A DNA stretch of 64,000 bases from Cirrosporium novae-zelandiae (Eukaryota), in the NCBI GenBank assembly GCA_026023565.1, contig JAPETS010000020.1, positions 124,001 through 188,000 of the forward strand, read 5' to 3'. The notes under the pieces are model-generated. The model was given only the letters and a program-made list of their open reading frames with translations, searched no databases and had not been told where the DNA came from. Position numbers and translations under genes: made by a program. How positions within the stretch are numbered: position 1 is the first letter of the stretch; each line of letters starts with the position of its first letter. Below, piece after piece: positions 12,745-24,863 of the stretch.

Positions 12745-13796
12745 TTAGCTTGTCTGTTTCTTCTTGAAAAACGACTCAATCTTCTTTTGACTCCCATCGT
12801 ATTGAGAGCTCCCAACGCCACCCCCGGTTCTCTTGACGCCTTTCAGATGATCCTTGCAATTGATTGTTTTAATAGTCATGCAGTGCGTATGAATACCAAC
12901 TGAAGCTGATTTTCCTTCGAGCAAGGATTCTGGGTTCTGATCGCTGGTATCAGGCTCAATTTCCTTCTCGGTCACTATCCCCTTGGATTTGGAATTCGGC
13001 ACAAGTATGGTAGAAGTGTGAATATCAGCCTCGAGATAGCCAGTATTCGACCATGTAGCTATATATTCTAGAGGTATTCCTTCTCTACGAATATTGATAC
13101 CTGGTGCCAAAGAGATGTTCTTAGGGCCAACCCGGCCCAATAGACATCTCCACAAAACGGATAGAATCTCTCCATGTGATACAACGGCAACAGTCTTCTG
13201 ATTCATTTTTTGCTCTCCATCCAAAACTGGGTATAAGTGCTGAGTCAAAAATGTTTCCATTCGTGCAATCATTTTTTCCTTTGATTCAATATCTTTAAAC
13301 CCTTTTTCGTTTTGATGTTCATCACAGAGCCCTTCTTTCACTTTTGGATACATTTTCAGAGCCCGAAACGACTTTCCTTCATAAGAGCCAAAATCTTTCT
13401 CTCGCAGAATTGGCAATTGAATAGGGTTGAGACAAACTTCAACTGCTGGTGATACAGATCTCGGGGGCTTGGTATTCTGAATGATCTGGCTTGTCTTCAC
13501 AGCACGTTGTAGATCTGAAGTGAAGATGTGGGTAAAGGTAAGACCCAGCCGAGAAAAGTACTCGCCGAGTCGAGTAGCTTGAAGGACGCCATGGTTTGTC
13601 AGAGGAGAGTCTGTAACTCCAGCACTACCCAAAATCAGTAAAAAGACAAGAAAATAAGAGATGATAGAATGACAGAGGTTGCAAAAGTAGTTTGCTTAAA
13701 AAAGTCATTCACCTAGTTTAGTTATGATAGAAACACTTACTAAATCTGACTGACATTGTCGGTTGTTTCTCCATGACGGATCAAGAACAACTTCAT
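12745..13796 (-). CDS. Histidine phosphatase (phosphoglycerate mutase/TIGAR-like) family protein
   Basis: Exon 1 13796-13741 MKLFLIRHGETTDN (RHG motif), intron 13740-13625 (GTAAGT...TAG), exon 2 with SDLQRA, LREKDFGSYEG and VVSHG. Confidence 0.92.
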
Positions 13797-14996
13797 TCTT
13801 GATGAGCTAAAGGAATATCATCTAAAGACCAACTGAGGTATACGCCCATACTCAATTTCGAAAAAATTGGCTATAAAAGTTGAAATGAAACGAAGCTGAA
13901 GGTTGTTGGTATTGTCGGAGGTCGTAGTTTACACACCCCGACTTCAACAAAACACCCCTCGATCTTCTTATAACCACTGGGCATTTAACCACACAACTAG
14001 CCTAGGGTATACTAAGCCTAAAAAGGAAAAATTCTGCACGTGCACCCTGCCCACGTGAATTACTCTTTACTTTTAGAGGAAGCCGTCAAGTGCCTTAGGC
14101 TACTCCATAACCTCTTTGCTTAATCGATACCTCTTTTTCTAATTTACTTTAACCATTTTATATTTCAATCATCTTATATGTTAAGCATTCTACTCTTTAG
14201 GATCTGCTTTGTTCCTTATCATATCTTTCTATCATACACTCAGACCTTCTTGATTGCTTTAAACAGCAACTTGCTCTGTCAGAAGAGAGGAGCTTCTCTC
14301 TAATGAGACTTGCCTTATATCTTAAAAATTCTCTTGAGTGTTTCTACACTGTCCCTTCTGAAATTGCGGCTTGAGGACCATAAGATCACTTGATATGTCC
14401 CGGTTTCTCGATTCGTTCATTCAAAAGATCCCCCCCTTTCGAGGTTGGATAACATTTACGATATCTTTGCATCTTATTAACATATAGACATCTACATTCT
14501 TCGGTAACAAGTCTCGATAGAATCGCTAAGTGACATCTTTTACAAGTTGTATTTACGAACTAATTAGTAGCAATAAGGGGCCCATACTGGTCGTAAGTCG
14601 AAACCCTTTTGGGCTCTCCAGAGCTGTTGCATTTATGAGACATAGCTTTAGAGTTAGAAAATTTGTCTCAGTATGCTATTTTTTTGCTACTAGCCAAGTA
14701 GGATTACTGGAGAGGGAATTATCTCTTGAGACTCTATTCGATCTAAACTTCACGATTGTATTAGATCAACTACATAATGCTTTTATATATTGCACAGCTT
14801 CATTTCAAACAAGCGAGTTCATCTTGGATCTTTCATAAAACAAATCTCCCAGTCAGTACTTTAGACTAAATCTGTTTATCACCTAGGTAACTTTGAAAGG
14901 GGACATATAAGCCGAACTACCCAACCTATTCTTTCGTCTCATTTTATCTAAACTCAAGGAAGACTCACCAACCAGTTACACTACAGCAAAGTTCTT

Positions 14997-16928
14997 ATGG
15001 CTACAGGAACCGTTCAGAGAAGTCTATTCTCATCATTATCCTCTTCTAATGACCTCCCCGAAATTATATGCGACGTTCATAGTATTCAGTTAGATGATGC
15101 TCAACCTCCATCCGCCCATGAAACGGCTAACACTAGTTCCATGGAGGATGAATCTGAATATACTGAATTTGATGTAATTGACACTGAAGATGGACTAGAC
15201 CGTTATTACGAGCCTATGAACCTTGGAGGTGATGCCCTTGTATACAATTTCGATGATAGTCTCGACTTACTTAGTGATATAGATTTTGATTTTGATTTGG
15301 AGATAGCCTCCGGATTCATTAGCTCGAAATACGAATTTCGTCAGAAGCCCAAAGAACAAGCGCTTATTCTAAGAGGCTGTCTCGACCAAGATCGAAGCGG
15401 TAACTATGATCCACAAAATCCAATTGAGCCCACTGCTTGGGATTATACCCTCAAGCGTAAGCGTACAACAAACGCCGACCAAGATTTCAAGAATAAAAAC
15501 AAACGTGGTGAAGGAAGAGAAGGTGGCCCTAAGAGGTATAAGATAGGGACGACTTGGCTTACCGGGCGTCAGCATGGTAAACAAAAGGTCGTGATTTTCA
15601 AACTCACTTCACTGCTAGGAAAAGCCCTTCTTCAAAGCTTGAAATCATCTGATAGTCATGTTCCCCTTACACCACCAACCACATCCGACCCATCTCTTTT
15701 TGGCGCTTCCTCATCCGCTCAACAGTCATATAACTTCCGAACATTTGGGGATCCTATGAGTCGCAACCTATCCGCTCGTCAATCATCGATACTGAATCCC
15801 AAATTACCTTTCGGGCTAGATCAAATAGGACCTGGTCATCCCGAGGCAAGAGGATGTGTCCAATGCTACGAAGCCGGACAAGATTGTCCCTTGCTTGATG
15901 ATGGTGAAAGCTACCCTTGTAGGATCTGCGTAGAAGATAAATGCGACTGCCAGCCTATAATACCCCCTGAAAAAAAGCGAGCTTGTGAGTGCTGCAAGAG
16001 AAAGCATATTGTCTGCTCTTACCGCCAAGACTTGGACAATGATCATGATAAGCCATGTAAACAATGTCAAGTGGCGGGAATTATGTGCATCGCTGGCCCT
16101 CAGACAGCCAGATGTCGTTCCTGGCGACCTGTTAGGAGCCCTGTAAACAAGCAGAGGGGCACATCATATAGAAAACCAACGAAAAGCTTACTGCGCAATA
16201 TTAACAAATCCAAGAATTCTCAGCCTTCACCTAGAAACCCAGAGCCCATTTGCAGAACCACTCGTGTCATTCAAACTCGGTTCGCGCACCCCATCACGTT
16301 CCATCATATCGACGAAACACTCAATACACCATGTCATTTCTGCGCCGACTTCCTTTACGGAATCTTCGGCCTCGGATTAGTTCGCGTCGAAGTCATAAAA
16401 TTTGCTTCCCATGAAGGCTACACAGAAATCGACGGGGGACACACCGGGAGAGGTGCACAACCCACCCGCATGTGCGTATACTGCACCCAAGAACGCCTAA
16501 ACGTCTGTTTCTGCCCCCAACACGAAATCGTCCCCATCCAAGGCATCGCCGAAGACACCAGCAAGAAAGCATTCGAAGAGCTTACTTCCACGCAACCAAA
16601 AGCTTTGGAGGAAGCCTCCGACTACTGCTCTATATGTCCAGCACCCGCCACACATTTCTGCAAGACGCAACCTGTGGATATGCTCGCAGAATTAAGCATG
16701 GCCCAAAACGGATGTGGACTCTTCCTTTGCGAGGACTGTGCCGTTTCATTGGTGGAGGAGTTCCAGGGGGACTTGGATACGATGATCAAAGGAAGCGAGA
16801 ATCGAATCGACGGGGACGAGAGTCCTTTTCCGCTGGGGTTGAGGGCAGATGTGCAATTTTTGGTCAAGGACGGGGAGTTGGTGGAGAGGTGTGGCATTGA
16901 GGGATTGATGAACGGAGTGAGGTTTTGA
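14997..16928 (+). CDS. Cysteine-rich protein with two tandem Zn2Cys6-like clusters and C-terminal Cys/His clusters
   Basis: 643-aa intronless ORF; two C-x2-C-x6-C-x10/13-C-x2-C-x6-C units at 15855-16088; further CHFC, CVYC, CSIC and CGLFLCEDC motifs; acidic N-terminus. Confidence 0.8.
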   Translation: MATGTVQRSLFSSLSSSNDLPEIICDVHSIQLDDAQPPSAHETANTSSMEDESEYTEFDVIDTEDGLDRYYEPMNLGGDALVYNFDDSLDLLSDIDFDFDLEIASGFISSKYEFRQKPKEQALILRGCLDQDRSGNYDPQNPIEPTAWDYTLKRKRTTNADQDFKNKNKRGEGREGGPKRYKIGTTWLTGRQHGKQKVVIFKLTSLLGKALLQSLKSSDSHVPLTPPTTSDPSLFGASSSAQQSYNFRTFGDPMSRNLSARQSSILNPKLPFGLDQIGPGHPEARGCVQCYEAGQDCPLLDDGESYPCRICVEDKCDCQPIIPPEKKRACECCKRKHIVCSYRQDLDNDHDKPCKQCQVAGIMCIAGPQTARCRSWRPVRSPVNKQRGTSYRKPTKSLLRNINKSKNSQPSPRNPEPICRTTRVIQTRFAHPITFHHIDETLNTPCHFCADFLYGIFGLGLVRVEVIKFASHEGYTEIDGGHTGRGAQPTRMCVYCTQERLNVCFCPQHEIVPIQGIAEDTSKKAFEELTSTQPKALEEASDYCSICPAPATHFCKTQPVDMLAELSMAQNGCGLFLCEDCAVSLVEEFQGDLDTMIKGSENRIDGDESPFPLGLRADVQFLVKDGELVERCGIEGLMNGVRF

Positions 16929-17154
16929 TAGACAGATGGCAAGGTGGGTGGGTGTGCAAAGACTTAGAGAAGGATGAGGTGACGATCATATCATGGAGAC
17001 GTTCCTTTTGGTATTGGTATTGGTATTGGTTGGTATAGGATTATGGGAGGGGGTTGTCGAGGAACAAAGGACGTCAAATCTATAGACTATATTCTCTTAG
17101 GGCCTCTTATTTCGTTAAATATACATCCATCCATTTATCTCTATAACTAAACAG

Positions 17155-17214
17155 ATGTCCGCCATAACCCATAAGGCGAGCGACATACGAACAATAAAAT
17201 GAATTATCATCATC
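17155..17214 (+). mobile_element. Short retroposed element (LINE/SINE 3'-tail type), copy 1
   Basis: atgtccgccataacccataaggcgagcgacatacgaacaataaaatgaattatcatcatc; similar to copies at 23830 and 24809. Confidence 0.7.
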
Positions 17215-17428
17215 ATAATTATCCTTACAACCACAAAAGCGATACCCACTAAATTAAATCTTCATTCATTCAGAATTATACAATATAATTCTCCAAGAAC
17301 AACTTCTCGCAATCCAAACCGACTGTCAAATCCCAATATAGTCAGTCATATGAGTATCCTATTCCAACAAAAAACAAAAACCAAACCCAAATCCAACAAA
17401 CATCACCATCAAAATATCTCAAAACACA

Positions 17429-18127
17429 CTAACTCCCCCTCCGCCTCCCAACCAAAGAAGTCGAACTAGTAAAACTCCTCCTCCCATTTCCCCCGCTCCC
17501 ATCCTCACTTCCACTCCTCATCCCAAAGGGCATACTCCCCCCGATTTCCCTCCCCACATCCCTCTCCCCACCATCCCTCCTCTCGCCCCTACCCCTACGC
17601 ATCACACCCTCAACCCCATTATCCAAAAAATCCGCCAATTTCCAAACCCACCTACGCATTCCTCGGTCCAGGGGCCGCGGGGCGTGCGTTGAGATGTAGT
17701 GTACGCGACGTTGCCAAATTGGATTTGGGCCGTGGATGTGGATTATACGCGTGTTGGGGGTTGGGGAGACAGGGGGAGGAGGGGAAAGAGGGGGGGGATG
17801 GTGCGAACGGCGTTCAGACGCTGCACGGGACTGATGATGATAAGAATGATAGGAATGCTGGGAGTTGTGGGAGTCGTGCGAGTGAGGTGGTGGAAGGAGT
17901 GGAGCAGCGTGCGAATGGTGCGAACCATGTGATCGAGGAGGCGGAACACTCAAACGGCGTTCAGACACCGCACCCTCGCCCTCATGATGCGAATGACGCG
18001 AATGATGCAACGAAGAAGGTGGTGGCCCCCTCCCACCCGTCATCAACGCCAGATCCGAACCCTGGGAACCTTGGGAACGACCATGGTAGGAAGAAGGCGC
18101 ACGGGATCCGTTTCTGCTTGGGGGCAT
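17429..18127 (-). CDS. Hypothetical His/Ser/Pro/Arg-rich low-complexity protein
   Basis: 232-aa ORF with ATG in good context (caaaATG); internal duplicated SERR and PPPxSHxSHxS segments; no recognisable domain. Confidence 0.55.
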   Translation of the reverse strand: MPPSRNGSRAPSSYHGRSQGSQGSDLALMTGGRGPPPSSLHHSRHSHHEGEGAVSERRLSVPPPRSHGSHHSHAAPLLPPPHSHDSHNSQHSYHSYHHQSRAASERRSHHPPPLSPPPPVSPTPNTRIIHIHGPNPIWQRRVHYISTHAPRPLDRGMRRWVWKLADFLDNGVEGVMRRGRGERRDGGERDVGREIGGSMPFGMRSGSEDGSGGNGRRSFTSSTSLVGRRRGS

Positions 18128-19414
18128 TTTGGAGGTTTGGTTTGATTTGATTCGATCTGGAAATGCGTAATGCGTAATGCAAACACCCCTGAAGGACCTT
18201 TTAAGGGGTAGGGGAGAATGGAAGGAGGAAAGGAAGGAGGTAAGGGGGGAAGGGATTGTTGTTGGAAGAGGTGGGTGGTGGGTAGTGGGGAGGAGTAGGA
18301 TAGCGGTGGCTAAAAGAAAAAGAAAAAGAAGAAAAAGAATAGGTGAATAAGTGCATTTGGAAGAAGGTCTGGTTGCTGAAGTATAGTTTTGCTAGTATTA
18401 GTTGGTTGGTTGGTTGGTTGGTTAATAGGTAACTTAGTTGTATACCTACCTATCTATATAAGAGGAAGAAGGGGAGGAAGTAGAACTAGGGGCCCTGCTC
18501 CTCTCAGATATCAACAAACCCCATATCAAGTCTATAAACTTTTAATTTATTTATTTATTAATTCGTCGTGGTTTAAAGTGAAGGGACATTTTGTGGGGGG
18601 CGGTTTTTTTATTGTATCAGGAATATGCATCTTTCTTGAGAGGATGAATGGGGGTGCGGTGGTGGTGGATTGGATATACGGTTTTTGGTGGCTTCATAAA
18701 GAAGGGAGGATTTGGTAGGTAGGTAGGAATTGGTTATGAGGGAGGGGGAGCTTAGGGCGTTAGAAGGTGAGGGACAAAGATATATCAATGAATGGAACTG
18801 GGTGGGAAATTCATATCTTATTCAATAGAGGTGGAGGAGAAAAAAACAATGATAAGATTCATAGGATCACATTTAGTTTTTTCCATTCATACCCGGTGAA
18901 TTAATTCAGATTCAAACTATCTTCCACTCAACTAGCAATATGCAAATGTCACAGCATCATTTCCCATATTATTGAAACAGCATCTTTGACTTGCCTATAC
19001 GCCAAACTCCCCCAATAGTGGAGAATCCCCATAGCACCTACTCGATGACTTCCATCAACCCAAATTGAAATCCTAATCCCTTGTCAAACTTCATCCTCAT
19101 TCCCAGAACCAGTAGAATGGAGAACGCCAGTCTAATGCGGATTTTGCTTCCGTTCAATGCATGTTTCTTTTGCCAATTTCGAGCCGATTAAAATAGTGTA
19201 ATCAGGAGACCTCCTAACTTGAAAACTTTCATCCCAATGAGGTATCTCCATGCCTCGAAAAACACATCACCATAAAGAAAATAGAAAAGAATCGGCCGTC
19301 ACATTCGTAATCCTCCATATGTAACAAGCTGTAAGCCGTATTCATGTGTAATTCTTTGATGTCCACCTATGCTTCTCATTCCATCCTGGAAGTTTTAAGA
19401 AAGCCAGGTTCGTC

Positions 19415-20849
19415 TTACTGATGCCTAGGAGAACTGTATTTTTCCCTATAAGTGCTCACTGCTGGGATCTCAGCCGGATATCTTTTCTCCTCGGTTCCAT
19501 AAGCTCTCGGGGTCAGCTTAATTAACGTATGCAGTGGAACTTCCATCCATGGACTACGCTCCTGCGGCACATTCATATAGTAAGCATAAATGCATCGTAG
19601 AACGGCTTGGTGGGTGACAATGATGATGTTCTCGGACCGCTCAAGCTCCATAATGATAGGTTCAAGTCGGATGACTACATCACGGTATGATTCTCCACCT
19701 CGATAGCGGTAGTTGTATTTATCATCATCGCGGGCACGGAAATCTTCAGGATAACGTTGTTCAATTTCTTCGTATGTGAGGCCATCGCAGACACCAGAAT
19801 CAAGTTCGTCTAGAGCTTTCCACTCAAGTTTCTCGTACCCTTGTTTCGAAGCAGCGAGGAAGCGTGCAGTTTGGATGGTACGTTTTAGGGTTGAGGTCCA
19901 TATTGTGAGGGTAGTGCCCGGATTAATGGATTGGGCGACCAGACTAGGTAATTTGTGAGCGTAGGCTTGGCCACGTTCGGAAAGGTTGGCGTCACCGCCG
20001 ATTTTGCCAGAGAGATTGAATTCAGATTCACCGTGCTAGAGGAGACGTTAGCGAAATTCAATTGGATAGGATTATTACACTTGCCCTTGAAAGCCAAATC
20101 GAACGAGGCTTGATATGTAAGTTCATCAAATAATAAACAACCCGGCTTTGTAAATAGTCCCTGATCCCGTTGATGATGACTTGCTTCCCAACATTGATCA
20201 ATTTGACATAGGTGAGATCCTTCTCCCCTTCGTCAATCGTCTCATAGACCTTCTCGTAATTGCTAATCCGATTTCGAAAGTCTCTTACTGCAACTTCAGG
20301 ATCCAGGCCAACATAGTCTGGTGAAGTCGTCTTCACTTCCATGATATTGCCTAATATCAATGCTTCGTCGTCACATTTCGACTCAACAAAAAGGGTTTGG
20401 ACACCCTCTTGTTCACATCGCTCGTAAATCCAGCGTCGACGTTTCTTTGTGGAATTGGTGGCATCCAATATGGCAATAAGCCCTTGTCGATTCCGAAACC
20501 ATGAAATCATATCTTCCATTGCTGCCTCAGCAGCTGCACGTCTTGCTTTTTCACCGGCAGGGTTTGTAGTGTCGAAGAAATCCGCAGTGGGCTGAGGAGT
20601 GTCCATCCTTCGATATTGGCCAACATTGAAGGTCTTGGCAGGTATGGAGAGCCAAGCAAGGTACCTCACCACTATTTCCAATTCACAAATCAATATCATG
20701 AGCAGCCTGTCTGTCTAGAGGAGGATTGTACCTTTGCCAGCAATCAGGCTCTTGCCCCTCGCAGGCAATCCAACCATAACAACACATATCTGAGTATCGT
20801 CGGCCTGCACACCAGTTCCATTAGTCGTTAGACCTTCTTCTCTCGTCAT
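19415..20849 (-). CDS. FBP26: 6-phosphofructo-2-kinase/fructose-2,6-bisphosphatase
   Basis: Exons 20849-20732, 20671-20085, 20035-19415. Walker A GLPARGKS, LDATNST and WLSR|HGES across a GC-AG intron; RGGESYRD and THQAVLRC. Confidence 0.93.
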
Positions 20850-21226
20850 TTTGTACAAGAAAATGATTTCTGAGAGTAAAGTGGTAAGAAGAAGAATAAA
20901 TAAAAGGAAGAGTGGAGAATAACAAAGATTGTGGGGGGAGCAATGGAGAAAAGGGTAGATGGAGAAAGTGGGGTTTTCAGAGGTATAGAGAGTTATGCGG
21001 TTGCTGGATTGACTTCATTCAGACAGCGGAGATGCGGAAGTCTAAGTGAGATCGGAAGATTTCGGGGCCATGCTAGTCAATAAAACTGAATGCACGGCCA
21101 CAGTTACCCATTTACCTCTCCAAAGATGGAAGAGGTGAATGTGGTTTTTGAAATGAATTATATGGTCGCGATGATATTGTCTGGGAACTTGGAGACAAGA
21201 AGCTAGCAAGATGCTTGCAAGCTTAC

Positions 21227-21361
21227 CACAATAGGAGAACCGAGACCACGAAGGTATAATGGGCGACGATGAGGAGAAGGCTTGGTGGAAATGGAAGCGG
21301 AAGCTGAAGCTGTGGAACCGGTGGAACCTCTGGGCAACTGATGTTCCGGCGGTATGGCCAT
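21227..21361 (-). CDS. Candidate alternative first coding exon of the PFK2/FBPase2 gene
   Basis: 45 codons from ATG (MAIPPEHQLPRGST...GSPIV) ending at a GTAAGC donor; phase-0 compatible with the acceptor TGCAG at 20805 (CTAAC/CTAAT branch just upstream). Confidence 0.6.
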
Positions 21362-23829
21362 TCCAGGATTATTCAAATTATTCAACAGCCAATTAAATGA
21401 CAAGATCAAATAAAATGGAATAACTGAGTTCCCGCCGTTTAAGGTTATTTTCTGGAATATCAATTTCTGTCCCCGCTCTCTTAGTCAGAGGCGGAAATCG
21501 GCTGCAACCGAATTTAATATCTTTGAAGCTGTTTGAAGATGGATGTCAAGAGGTGTTCCGAGATCGATAGATATACTGTCGACAGCTGGTGCCCCCCCAA
21601 ACTATTAATAATTTTTTCGGATAAGCCGATTGCTCAGCTTCTTTCCTTTTTCGATGCAAGTCAACCGTTGGACTGAATGGGTATTAGGTAGGTCGCAAGT
21701 ATCAGGTGATGCGAGGTGATGCGAGGTGATGGCTTTCCAAGAATAAATTTAACGATATCGGATCTCTGTCTTCACCATATTGTCGGAAGAGCCTCAACCC
21801 TTTTATGTTGATACCCAGTACCCGCATCTCAGCTTTAATATGCAACCTTGACCGGATGACTGATAGGGCATCGTTTGATTTTTTTTTTTGGTTTTTTTTG
21901 GTTTGTTCGCTCACTACACCGTTCGTCCCTGGTTTCAGTCTCCTGCCTCGTCATTTCATACTTGACAAGACTTAGTTGCAAGTACAACCATCACACCACT
22001 AATATCAACCATAGGATACCTCTGTTGTAACGCAGATCCATAGCAATTGCAGATTGCCGTCCATCCGGCAGCTTTAGCCTTGGCTTGCTTCGTACTTGAC
22101 AATAGGGCTGACTGTCATGTTGATAGGTTATAGCATTGATAATGATGCAATCTCCTCGTCGGCCATTGATCGGATACGACCACAGCACATGGACGTATTG
22201 ATTCGAAATGCGCTACAAGACCCTTGAGTTTTCCCGTCTTCATCTCATGTTTGACCGTCATTCCCCCTTCCTATCATCCTATCCTCGAGGCCCTCTATCG
22301 ATAGCAATCAAGATGAGGCATCCAGCAAACATTTTCCAGCAGACATGCAATCCAGGGTCGATACCAAAAATGGGTCTCGAAATCAGAGATTCATGGCATA
22401 GTCGTCTATCCCGTGTCTCACTAGCCAGAAAGGAATCCATTTGACACCAGCTGGAACAGTGCAGAGGATTTCATCGTGCCTTATAATCCAAATCGCATGC
22501 ATGCGTATGAACTACTTCCGCCCCGGCGAGAAACCTCTTTTGTCTCAAGCAAGCGAGCAAGCAAGCCAACAGGTGGAAGATAGGAAAACATAAAAGAAAC
22601 ACACGAGTACAGGGCATTAGAAAACCACTAACCGCAGTACCATCACGAGTAAAGATCCCATTACTTCCTCTCCTTGCACTCACACCACTTTGAACTGTAG
22701 AATACATTGTCGTCGGCTTTCGAGACAGACAGCGCGAGAGCCGAAGAATTACTATCTCCACCAAAAGCCGATTAGCGCAGCAGCAGCACAAAAACCTCAA
22801 AAGGGACTTTGAACAATAAATCGTCAAACTCTGAACGAGGAGGGGGGGATGTATCCAGTGAATAGACAAGACAGTCTAGACCACCTACAGAAAAAAAAAG
22901 AGAGCCCAAAAGAATAATCAACCAGATTATTTTTTTTCGTTGAGACAATGCTCAAAATATTGCTTCTTCGTTGCTTACTTACCGTGGGCTAGCTGGCTTA
23001 TTAGATATGCTGCTCTCTACCCTATGTTATGTACAGCACTGTACAACCTAAAAGCAAGCGCACCAAAGAAATTTGAATTCCTCAATCATTCCTAGTTAAA
23101 ACTTATGTGTACCACACACAATAATGTATCTAAAAAAAAAAAAGCAACTTTGCAGGTAATGACTTGAAAAAAGACAGGGAGGGTTGCGCGTGGGCCTATT
23201 GTTTCCACTTCATTGGCTCCGAATTCCTGATTCCTATCTTGTTAATGGCTACCGATTGTCGCCGTAAACGGGGGCGCGTCGCTCGCTGTTAAACCGTTAT
23301 TAAGGGAACTCCGATTTCTTCGATTGCTTTGCTACTTACCGTGTGTCACGGCTAGTAAATCAGTTCAGGACATACATAAATAACGCATTGTTTGGCTTGC
23401 TTGGTTGCTTTCTTGCTTATCAGATCCAACCACTACCACTACTACCCCCAAGGGATCAGGAGAGAATTTTCAAAAAAAGATAAGAATGTGAAAAAAATAT
23501 TCAAACAAAAATTCAAACAATAACAACCCCTTCTTTTCTTTTCTTTTTTTTTTATAAATATATAATATCAAAACGAAAACATTCTCCCCCCCCCCCCTCC
23601 ACCTTGGACACTTGGACGACTAAATAGAAGAAGAAAAAATAGAATTTGATGTCGCACAACACGACGCGTAATTATACAATAATATGTAGATATGGATAGA
23701 TGGATAGATAACCGACGGATCCAATAAGTCTCATTTCTTTACTTCTTCCGCTTACCAAAGAAAAAACAAAAAAAACCCCCCCATCCTCTCTCAGCCCAAT
23801 TTTTATAAAACCTATCCAATCTTGTATGA

Positions 23830-23909
23830 ATGTCCGGACGTCATAGATAGCCCCGAAGGAGGCGACATGCGGACGCGGATAATAAAATGAATTATCATCA
23901 TCATCATTC
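23830..23909 (+). mobile_element. Short retroposed element, copy 2 (degenerate)
   Basis: atgtccg...ggcgacatgcggac...aataaaatgaattatcatcatcatc, flanked by the imperfect duplication ataaaacctatcc/ataaagcctatcc. Confidence 0.7.
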
Positions 23910-24808
23910 ATAAAGCCTATCCTATTCTATGATATACTGTATGTATATACAGTACCAGGCAGACAGGCAGGCAGTTAGTCATATGAGCCTTTTGGGGTTT
24001 TAAGATTTTTTTTTTAGGTGTTGTCTCTTCTTTATAAAGGTATTTGAACGAAATATTCTTAACCTTGGATAACACCATTCTCAATGAAAAAGAAGAAGAA
24101 AAATACCGAGAATTAAATTCACATGATGCATACGCGCGCATGCGTACGCAACACACGTACACATACAGAACCCCCTCTTATAAAGGAAGAAGAAGAAAAA
24201 GAAAAGAAAAAAAAGGATCCGATTTTTTTTTTAATTGAAAATAACATACCTTATAGTCTCATATCCCCCCTATCCCATAAAAAAAACATTCCTAATCCAC
24301 AATAACATCGCAGCTTATTCCTACCTTACCCTACCCAACACATCATAAATAAATCTTTTAGATATCTATTCTATCTCTATCTAGAGAAGAAGAAAAAATT
24401 CGGCTTTTAGGTCGACCTGTTCTAAGAACGACGACGACGGGGCTGACTGACCAGTATAAGTTAGGTTTTTTTTGTTTTTTTTTAAATGCAATGGTTTCTG
24501 AGTTTATTGTTTGGATCGAGGAATGTGGGATTATGCTGTGGTGAATGGCCCCCCACTGTAGTATTAAATCATGAGGAGGGACATGGGACTACTATATTTT
24601 TTTCTTGGTGGATTTGTTAAGTTGTTAGTGTTTCAAGTCCATGTGAGCTGTGTGTCATGCTTCTTGATCATATATTTCTCCACGTTGACATGATAAGTTA
24701 TAAGATGGGGAGGTATTAGAGACTGATAGATCGAAAATAGCATCAAGGTTATAAGTAAGTGGTAGTGTAGACGTGGATATTCATTTCCTGGAACTTATAG
24801 TCATACAT

Positions 24809-24863
24809 ATGTCCGCCATGACCTAAAGGCGACATGCGGACAATAAAATGAATAATCATCATC
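24809..24863 (+). mobile_element. Short retroposed element, copy 3, with 12-bp target-site duplication
   Basis: atgtccgccatgacctaaaggcgacatgcggacaataaaatgaataatcatcatc flanked by ATAGTCATACAT (24797-24808) and ATAGTTATACAT (24864-24875). Confidence 0.8.
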
